In this document: piece after piece, positions 9,022 to 16,253 of the stretch
Position numbering within the stretch: position 1 is the stretch's first letter
Layout of the letters: each line of letters begins with the position of its first letter
Assembly: GCA_023382265.1 (NCBI GenBank)
Contig: JAMCPX010000015.1
Coordinates: 748-64,747 of the forward strand
Direction: 5' to 3'
DNA length: 64,000 bases
Origin: Deltaproteobacteria bacterium
GTDB taxonomy: Bacteria; JAMCPX01
Program-made: the position numbers and the translations under genes
Notes under the pieces: model-generated
Seen by the model: only the letters and a program-made list of their open reading frames with translations
Databases searched by the model: none
Told to the model about the DNA's origin: nothing

Positions 9022-10193
9022 ATAATATTCGATGCAGTATCGGCAATTATTTTATTACCTATTTCAATCTCCTTTACACTTTTTGTTATGATAGCGGTTG
9101 CAGTATCCGATTGAACATCAATAACCAGTAATTTACCCAGTACCTCTTTAGGAAGATGCAGCACTTTGCCCGTAGCAGGGTCTTTTACCGGTTTTCTATC
9201 TTTGTATATAACGAATGTGTTCCCAACCCGAACACCAGAATTACTCCCTCTATCAATATATACAATATTTCCCTCTCCATATATTTTACTGCGGGTCTTA
9301 CCGTAAGCTATGTAACCCTGAACCGGATCGGCCGCCAGTGTAATATTTATAGTTTTTGTGCCTTCCTCATAAGGAAGAAGTTTATCATGTACTCTGATAA
9401 CGTCAAAAGATTCTACGATATCACATTCAGATACATTTGCATTGTCCACTTTTGTAATTTTTAATATCCCGAGGATCTTTATCTTATAGCCAAGAGAATC
9501 ATCGGATGCCGGGTCATAAACTTTACCATCGGTTTTATAAATAAAGAATCTATCTCCTACATTGACCCCAGAACCGCTTCCGATATCTACAAATACCTTA
9601 TCATGCTGTCCGAATATATGTTTTTCGGAGTTTAAAGAAGCTACGATTTCTCCTGCCGATATCAGCTCGTGTGCTGTTATAAACCCGGCAGAGTCTATTG
9701 AAGGATACATGTAAGTATTTTCTTTGGTAGTTACAAATGCAGAGCTATAAGGGGTAGCAGTTTCTATTGAAGGCTGCTCCTCCTCTTGACCAGTAGCAGT
9801 CTGTACACCCTCGGTAAACGGTTGTACTGCACCAGGTGTAATAGCTTGTGCAGACATGGTAGTTGATGTCATACCCTGTGCAGTAATGGCCGTTAAGGGG
9901 ATTGCCGAAGCAGGTAAAAGTGATATTGATTCACCAGGATAGATGAGATGTGGATTCGTAATATATTTGTTTTGCTCCCATAACTTAGGCCAAATCCATG
10001 GATTATCATTAAATCTTAATGCTATGCTCCATAAGGTATCCCCACGCTTAACTATGTAAACATTTACATCTTTATCTGTATCAGTCATCCCATACACAGA
10101 TATAAAAACCATCATCAGAGCTGATACAAAAAACATTAAGGTTCTTTTGTTTATCTTCATAGCCCTCCTCGCTTTTTTGTTAACTATTATCAA
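9018..10193 (-). CDS. LysM-domain peptidoglycan-binding protein
   Basis: 391 aa. Signal/TM segment, then YIVKRGDTLWSIALRF...LIYPGESISL (LysM). Confidence 0.75.
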   Translation of the reverse strand: MIIVNKKARRAMKINKRTLMFFVSALMMVFISVYGMTDTDKDVNVYIVKRGDTLWSIALRFNDNPWIWPKLWEQNKYITNPHLIYPGESISLLPASAIPLTAITAQGMTSTTMSAQAITPGAVQPFTEGVQTATGQEEEQPSIETATPYSSAFVTTKENTYMYPSIDSAGFITAHELISAGEIVASLNSEKHIFGQHDKVFVDIGSGSGVNVGDRFFIYKTDGKVYDPASDDSLGYKIKILGILKITKVDNANVSECDIVESFDVIRVHDKLLPYEEGTKTINITLAADPVQGYIAYGKTRSKIYGEGNIVYIDRGSNSGVRVGNTFVIYKDRKPVKDPATGKVLHLPKEVLGKLLVIDVQSDTATAIITKSVKEIEIGNKIIADTASNII

Positions 10194-10397
10194 CTACTGT
10201 TGATTTAGTCAACTGTATAATATATTTCATTTAAAAACAGTAGAAGGCATATATTTTTTGAGGGAATAATCTTTGTGTATATGATCCATATCTTACCATC
10301 CATTTTTACTTATAATTAAGCTTTTAAAAAAACGGAGAGTTCTTTTTTTATTCTTTTTAAGATATTAAATTACGGCAAATAAAAAAACAGGTAAATA

Positions 10398-10426
10398 TTG
10401 ACAAACATATATTAGTGGCATATCAG
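10398..10426 (+). promoter_or_regulatory. Candidate sigma-70 promoter of the small lipoprotein gene
   Basis: TTGACA (10398-10403), 17-nt spacer, TATCAG (10421-10426). About 35 nt upstream of the ATG. Confidence 0.3.
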
Positions 10427-10461
10427 CGATATATAAATATAAAAAGGAGGTATTAGGAACT

Positions 10462-10641
10462 ATGAAAAGATTAATGGTATTAGCCCTTGTTCTGGCTTTT
10501 GGTGTAGCAATGACTGGTTGTCATAAAGAGGAAGCAACGCAGCCATCTGCACCTGCAGTAGAGACTGTAACCCCGACCGCTGCACAGCCTGCTTCACCGA
10601 CCGCTGCACAGCCCGCTTCACCTACAACACCAGCGAAATAG
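10462..10641 (+). CDS. Small lipoprotein (59 aa) with a tandem PTAAQPAS repeat; absent from the ORF track (<60 aa)
   Basis: AAGGAGG lies 8 nt upstream of the ATG. MKRLMVLALVLAFGVAMTGC lipobox. 24-nt tandem duplication at about 10574-10621. Followed by a terminator. Confidence 0.6.
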   Translation: MKRLMVLALVLAFGVAMTGCHKEEATQPSAPAVETVTPTAAQPASPTAAQPASPTTPAK

Positions 10642-10661
10642 CGAAACTCGTTTTACTATTG

Positions 10662-10691
10662 AGGGGAGGCAATACTCCCCTTCTTTGTTTT
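10662..10691 (+). terminator. Rho-independent terminator
   Basis: AGGGGAG-gcaata-CTCCCCT (7-bp stem) followed by TCTTTGTTTT. Confidence 0.6.
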
Positions 10692-10707
10692 AATAATTAT
10701 AGCATCA

Positions 10708-11676
10708 TCATTTAAGCTTTTTAAGAAAACTTTTATCCTTAAGTAATCTGTTTAGAATAGTGTACAGGCTGATTGACGGGTCCTTTAGAGAGTTAACATA
10801 GTCGTCCGAAGACAGTCCTGCAATAGCTTCTTCTATATTTTGAACAATATGACCCACGGCGATCTGTTGAAGCCCTCTGATGCGTTTTTTAAAGATTAAT
10901 TCCGGTTTGATATATTTTTCCATATATTCCTTATGCCTTAAGATGGCATCCAATAGCTCATTTATACCTGTCCCATCAAGTCCATTGGTAAGTATTATTG
11001 CCGTATCCCATGTTTCTTTGGGAGTACCCGAGGTTTCAATAATAAATTTAAGTGCGTTCATGATTTCTTTAGCACCGGTATGATCAGACTTGTTAACAAC
11101 GAATATATTTGCAATCTCCATAATGCCTGCTTTCATTGCCTGAACAACATCACCTGCTTCAGGAACAAGCACCACTACAACAGTATCCGCAATATTCATA
11201 ATATCAAGTTCGGTCTGTCCTACCCCAACGGTTTCAAGGATTATAAACCGGTAACCCGCAAGTTCAAGCAGCATGGATGCATCGCTTGTAATCTTTGATA
11301 TGCCTCCATGAGCTCCTCTTGAACCGAGGCTTCTTATAAAAACACCTGCGTCAAGAAAGTGATGCTGCATTCTTATCCTGTCCCCAAGTATTGCACCTCC
11401 TGTAAAAGGACTTGACGGATCTGTTGCAATAATACCCACTTTTTCGCCTTTAGCCCGTATGTGTTTAATTATCCAATCAATAATCGAGCTTTTCCCTGCA
11501 CCAGGTGGTCCTGTAAATCCTATTTTATAAGACTTTTTGTCTTCCTCAATCAGAGGCACAATAGATGTTATATCGATCTGACCTTCTTCGAGTAACGTAA
11601 TGGATCTTGCAAGTGCTGAAACGTCACCCCGTCTTACCCTTTTTATCAATGCCTCTATTTTGTGTTCTATAACCAT
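10708..11676 (-). CDS. meaB: MeaB/ArgK-family G3E GTPase (methylmalonyl-CoA mutase-type metallochaperone)
   Basis: 322 aa. P-loop GPPGAGKSS, VNKSD (NKxD), and GVGQ switch motif. Confidence 0.8.
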   Translation of the reverse strand: MVIEHKIEALIKRVRRGDVSALARSITLLEEGQIDITSIVPLIEEDKKSYKIGFTGPPGAGKSSIIDWIIKHIRAKGEKVGIIATDPSSPFTGGAILGDRIRMQHHFLDAGVFIRSLGSRGAHGGISKITSDASMLLELAGYRFIILETVGVGQTELDIMNIADTVVVVLVPEAGDVVQAMKAGIMEIANIFVVNKSDHTGAKEIMNALKFIIETSGTPKETWDTAIILTNGLDGTGINELLDAILRHKEYMEKYIKPELIFKKRIRGLQQIAVGHIVQNIEEAIAGLSSDDYVNSLKDPSISLYTILNRLLKDKSFLKKLK

Positions 11677-12428
11677 CTTACCACTACATAATCTCCGATA
11701 CTCGAGGCTGTTTTATTAAAAGCACTTTCTGAGTATACCGCAATCTCAAGCAAATTAAAGCTGTTAATTACTGCACATAGTGTATCCCTTTCACACTCCT
11801 CATAAGTTTTTTTTATACCGTTTATTGTGAACCTTTTTAATGTTATACTAACCGAACGTTTTTCAGGCAGTATGTCATTTTGAATGTTGGTTATAAGATT
11901 ACCAAAGTGGTCTATATGAATAATCTTACCTGTAATACTTTTTTCTTTAACTATTGATTCGGGTATATCAAGCAAAACAGGCTTTTCAAGCTTTTCACCA
12001 AGCAGGCTTCTATCCCATTTTATGGATAATTCCGCAGCCAATGGAGCAAAGATGTCCCTACCGTGAAATGTGTTTAAAATATTTCTTTTGGGTTTTATTT
12101 TATAGCATGCATAAGGTTGAGTCTTGATAACATAAGTAAATATGCCGTTATCGGGACCTATAAACACATGTTGTTTTGTTTTTAAGACAATACCATACCT
12201 TTTACCTCCCACCCCTGGATCTACAACAGCGACATGTACAGTCCTTTCCGGAAAATATTTGTAGTACGTATTGATTGAAAATGAGGCAGCAAGAATGTCA
12301 TGCTTTTTTAAAGCGTGTGTGGCATCTACGATTATGGCTTTAGGATTAATATTGAGTATGACTCCTTTCATTGCCGCCGTATAGCCGTCTTCTGTCCCAA
12401 AATCTGTACAAAGAGTTATAATAGACAT
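11667..12428 (-). CDS. S-adenosyl-L-methionine hydroxide adenosyltransferase (DUF62, chlorinase/fluorinase-like)
   Basis: 253 aa. N-terminal LCTDFGTEDGYTAAMKGV signature. Overlaps meaB by 10 nt. Confidence 0.8.
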   Translation of the reverse strand: MSIITLCTDFGTEDGYTAAMKGVILNINPKAIIVDATHALKKHDILAASFSINTYYKYFPERTVHVAVVDPGVGGKRYGIVLKTKQHVFIGPDNGIFTYVIKTQPYACYKIKPKRNILNTFHGRDIFAPLAAELSIKWDRSLLGEKLEKPVLLDIPESIVKEKSITGKIIHIDHFGNLITNIQNDILPEKRSVSITLKRFTINGIKKTYEECERDTLCAVINSFNLLEIAVYSESAFNKTASSIGDYVVVRWL

Positions 12429-12445
12429 AAAACTTCATACATGGC

Positions 12446-13066
12446 TTAATCTGCCGTTACATGCTTTATGTGTCTTACAAGATACATGGTAAAAAGGACG
12501 ATACCGGCTGCAAGTATGAGATAATCAAACCTGTGAAAGTATGGTCCGAGTGTATCCCATTTCTGACCAAGCTTAAATCCTATCCATGCGATTAAGAAGC
12601 TCCAGATTAACGAACCTGTAAATGTATAAAATATGAATTTAAAAAAATTCATACGTGAGATACCCGCAGGCAGTGATATGAATGTCCTTATAACCGGTAA
12701 GAGCCTGCCTGTAAAAACTGTTATATTGCCGTGCTTGTTGAACCATCTATCGGTCATATCGAGATCGTGTCTGCTTATCAGGATGTATTTACCGTATTTC
12801 TCGATCAAAGGTCTTCCTCCGTATATACCGGCAGCATAGGCAATTATTGAGCCGATTACACATCCAAAGGCTCCTGCGACAGCGACATAAAATAGCTGGA
12901 ACTTTTGTATAAAAACAAGGTAGCCTGCAAAAGGCAGTATAATCTCGGATGGAAGAGGTATACATGCACTTTCTATTGCCATCAATATTATTATACCGCC
13001 ATAACCGAACGTACTTATGGTTGATATTATAATGCCTGCTATTACTTTAAAAAATCCAGATATCAT
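12446..13066 (-). CDS. DedA-family (VTT domain) membrane protein
   Basis: 206 aa. Multiple TM helices and a GRLLPVIRTFISLPAG motif. Confidence 0.85.
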   Translation of the reverse strand: MISGFFKVIAGIIISTISTFGYGGIIILMAIESACIPLPSEIILPFAGYLVFIQKFQLFYVAVAGAFGCVIGSIIAYAAGIYGGRPLIEKYGKYILISRHDLDMTDRWFNKHGNITVFTGRLLPVIRTFISLPAGISRMNFFKFIFYTFTGSLIWSFLIAWIGFKLGQKWDTLGPYFHRFDYLILAAGIVLFTMYLVRHIKHVTAD

Positions 13067-13071
13067 ATCTT

Positions 13072-14472
13072 TTATTTAGCGCACTGTCCGCCGCCAGGCA
13101 TACTGGATGAATTAATGCCCTGCTTTCCTATTACAGGACTTAATTCTAATATACCAACCGATTGCATAGGATTAGCCTGAGCTATCAGATTTGTATTATC
13201 TACCAGAATAATAAAGGTATTCTGCTTTATGCCAAGACCTTTTACAGTATTATTATTTGCCTGTATGGTTTTTATTATGTCGTTATAATCAGCATATTTA
13301 ACACGGTATTGCTTGTTAAAATCCTTCAGGGAAGGTGATTTTAAAATGGCTTCAAGCATATTGATCTGATCATTTACTCCCATTCCATTTGCCCTGTTAA
13401 TGACAGATACGGTTTTTATTAATTCCGTATCATCGTATGATATACCCATAACATGTAATGTGGTATTATAGTATTTTTTTTCCTTAACAAGTAGTTTTAA
13501 TAAAGATACAGCTGCGTTTATGGCTGCTTTATCATCGAGGTTAAAAAAGATGGAGATTTGATTTTTTTCAACAGGTCTGGCAGGCAGATACCTGTATCCA
13601 AAATCATTCATATAATCTATATAATCGCCGTCTACCTCTTTCAGCCTCGTTTTTATTAGTCCAAAACTCGTCGTCATCGTTACATCATCGCTGAAGATTA
13701 AAGCTGGGACCTCTTTTATATTAAATTTTGTGGACAGCTCTTTTCCTTCTTTTGTTTTCACATCAACAGCATTTACAGTGGATTTATAGAAAAAGTTTCC
13801 AATACTCTGGCTGATCATATTAGGATGGTATAAATCTGTCCAGCCTCCCTCGAGTATGGTAACGTTCACACTGACAGGAGGTTTTAATGTTTTACAGTAG
13901 GGAAGTGCTGCATAATCGGCACATATGGCTCTTGTTAAATGTGCCATTTGCATGGGTCCCTTGTATCTGTTATTATTTATAAAAAGGGTAGGGCTTGCAT
14001 TTATACCGAGTTTCTCTGTGCTTGTAAAATCTTTATCAAGCATCTGCCTGGCATAGCCGGATTTAACAAATGAAGTAATCTTATTTTTATTTATTCCATT
14101 ATCCTTACTGCATTTATCATCGTTCATGGTGCTATTATAACATAGTAAGTAATTATAAAATTTATTCCTGTAGAACTTTTGTATAGCTATCTGAACAAGA
14201 TCTTCATTAAGCTCCTGTGGTCCATGCAAACTTGTGAAATCGCCATTGACGTCTTTGCTTACGATATAATGAATTCGTAAACTAAAAGCATTTTTAAAGT
14301 CAGGCATCAACCTAATGATTGTGTTTTCAGCGTTTATTCCGAAAGGACAATGACTCATAACATAAAGCTCTAAAACAGGTTTGCCTGATTGGTGTTTTGT
14401 GCATGACATCAATAAAGAAGATGCGATCAAGATCGTATAAAAAAGATTCTTTGTTATTCTGAACATATTCAT
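13072..14472 (-). CDS. Secreted hypothetical protein with an N-terminal thioredoxin/DsbA-like CPFG motif
   Basis: 466 aa. Signal peptide/lipobox (LLMSC). YVMSHCPFG redox-like motif. The rest is unassigned. Confidence 0.45.
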   Translation of the reverse strand: MNMFRITKNLFYTILIASSLLMSCTKHQSGKPVLELYVMSHCPFGINAENTIIRLMPDFKNAFSLRIHYIVSKDVNGDFTSLHGPQELNEDLVQIAIQKFYRNKFYNYLLCYNSTMNDDKCSKDNGINKNKITSFVKSGYARQMLDKDFTSTEKLGINASPTLFINNNRYKGPMQMAHLTRAICADYAALPYCKTLKPPVSVNVTILEGGWTDLYHPNMISQSIGNFFYKSTVNAVDVKTKEGKELSTKFNIKEVPALIFSDDVTMTTSFGLIKTRLKEVDGDYIDYMNDFGYRYLPARPVEKNQISIFFNLDDKAAINAAVSLLKLLVKEKKYYNTTLHVMGISYDDTELIKTVSVINRANGMGVNDQINMLEAILKSPSLKDFNKQYRVKYADYNDIIKTIQANNNTVKGLGIKQNTFIILVDNTNLIAQANPMQSVGILELSPVIGKQGINSSSMPGGGQCAK

Positions 14473-14729
14473 ATCTCCATGTTTTTTATTTTACTCTCCC
14501 TCTTGTATATCGCTACTTCATACTTTGCAACATCAACAAGATAATGATACGAGCCGATATATATCTCATAAAGCCTCGGTTCATTTTCGTCTATCAATTC
14601 TCCGTTAAAAGCGTTCTCTTCAAGCAGATAGTCCAGCAGCTTTCTGATCTCAACAAAACTTATATCGTAATCAGTTATTATATTGAAGATCGCATTTTTA
14701 TGTACAATAGGATAAACGTCCATATACAT
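14469..14729 (-). CDS. Hypothetical protein
   Basis: 86-aa ORF. A 4-nt overlap with the downstream gene suggests co-translation. No motif recognised. Confidence 0.45.
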   Translation of the reverse strand: MYMDVYPIVHKNAIFNIITDYDISFVEIRKLLDYLLEENAFNGELIDENEPRLYEIYIGSYHYLVDVAKYEVAIYKRESKIKNMEI

Positions 14730-14821
14730 GCTTTTAGAAAAGCATTGTTAGCCTGTCAAGCTAAAAGCTATCTTTCTATACACGGTTTTATTTTTATAAA
14801 ATAATTGATGCAGTAAATCCA

Positions 14822-14922
14822 GTTAGAAAGGACGCGGCTTTAAACCGTGCCCTCTCTATGAGGAAATTATAAAATCATTATATCATCCCCGCCATTTATT
14901 GGTGTTTTTTAACGGGGTAAAA
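14822..14922 (+). repeat. 101-nt repeat element, copy A (identical 24-mer core GTTAGAAAGGACGCGGCTTTAAAC)
   Basis: Core 14822-14845 is 24/24 identical to the reverse complement of 41038-41061. The remainder is roughly 65-70% similar and ends in GGGGTAAAA. Lies 54 nt upstream of waaA, in the same orientation. Confidence 0.75.
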
Positions 14923-14976
14923 AAGTATTCATTCACTTGACAATAATGTGTTGTAATAAGAAGCTATTGTGCTGTA

Positions 14977-16227
14977 ATGGTTATATCATTTTTTATTTTA
15001 TACAATGTTCTGGTAATTATAGGCATAATAATAATTGCCCCATTTTTACTTATAAAAAATACATCTTCTTTTAAAAACATATCAGAGCGAATGGGCGGAT
15101 TACCCGCTATAAATAATTGTATATGGGTTCACGCCGCATCTATAGGAGAAGTAAAAGCATCTATCCCCATATTGAAAAAATTAATTTCTCTCGGATACAA
15201 TGTTTTATTAACGACAATGACCCCGTCTGGCAGAAAATACGGTTCATCTCTTGATATAAAAGGACTTTTTGTTTCTTATGCTCCAATAGATAGTTTATTA
15301 TTTACAACTATAGCCGTAAAAAGAGTAAAGCCGAAGGCATTTGTGATACTTGAAACCGAAATCTGGCCTAATCTTATATTGTCCGTATCTGTAGCCGGAG
15401 TAAAGATAACAGGAGTCAACTCAAGATTAACAAAAAAGGCATCCAAGGGTTACATGTATATGCGGCCGATTATGAAGTTTCTCTTAACGAGATTTACAAT
15501 ATTATGCGTCCAGACAAATGATGACAAATCAAGATTTTTATCACTTGGTGCGGAAGACGGTACAATACACGTAACCGGTAATTTGAAGTATGCCATGACA
15601 ATTAATAGCGATACCTACATCGCCAAAGATATAAAAAAGCTATTCTATAATAAACGGATCATTATTGCCGGAAGTACTCACAGAGATGAGGAGGCAATTG
15701 TTCTCAGATGTTTTTCTTTATTAAAGCAATCCATAAATAACATTGCTTTGATCATAGCTCCAAGACATTTAGAAAGGGTTTCCGAGATAGAGGATTTAAT
15801 TATAAAGGAAGGGTTCGGATATATAAAAAGGTCAATATTAAATAAGCCGTCCAATGGGCAGGCGGAAGTATTGCTTGTAGATACAATAGGAGAGCTTTCG
15901 GATATTTATAGCATTGGGGATGTGATTTTTATCGGTGGAAGTATGACGCCTGTAGGGGGACACAATTTAATTGAGGCGATAATACATAGGAAACCCGTAA
16001 TATACGGACAACACACAGAGAGTGTGAAAGAACTTGTGCAGCAATTGGACAATAAAGGCGGGATCATGGTTCATGATGAGAATGAATTGTGTAATGCAAT
16101 AAAAGGGCTTTTGGAGGATCCGGATAAGGCAAGATTACTGGGTAATGTGGCTTACGGGATCATCAATCAAAAAGTTAATGTTGTGGATAATATTGTAAAA
16201 ATTATGAAGACAGAAAAAATAATTTAA
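14977..16227 (+). CDS. waaA: 3-deoxy-D-manno-octulosonic acid (Kdo) transferase
   Basis: 416 aa. N-terminal TM helix, WVHAASIGEV signature, and a GT-B C-terminal half (GGSMTPVGGHNLIEA). Confidence 0.9.
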   Translation: MVISFFILYNVLVIIGIIIIAPFLLIKNTSSFKNISERMGGLPAINNCIWVHAASIGEVKASIPILKKLISLGYNVLLTTMTPSGRKYGSSLDIKGLFVSYAPIDSLLFTTIAVKRVKPKAFVILETEIWPNLILSVSVAGVKITGVNSRLTKKASKGYMYMRPIMKFLLTRFTILCVQTNDDKSRFLSLGAEDGTIHVTGNLKYAMTINSDTYIAKDIKKLFYNKRIIIAGSTHRDEEAIVLRCFSLLKQSINNIALIIAPRHLERVSEIEDLIIKEGFGYIKRSILNKPSNGQAEVLLVDTIGELSDIYSIGDVIFIGGSMTPVGGHNLIEAIIHRKPVIYGQHTESVKELVQQLDNKGGIMVHDENELCNAIKGLLEDPDKARLLGNVAYGIINQKVNVVDNIVKIMKTEKII

Positions 16228-16253
16228 AGTTCAGTCATTCCGCTGTATGGAGA

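Noticed and set aside
14822-14845. The 24-mer GTTAGAAAGGACGCGGCTTTAAAC looks like a CRISPR repeat (GTT...AAAC ends, about the right length).
   Set aside because: Only two single copies are present, 26 kb apart and in opposite orientation. Each is embedded in a longer homologous 101-nt element. There is no repeat-spacer periodicity and no cas genes in the window.
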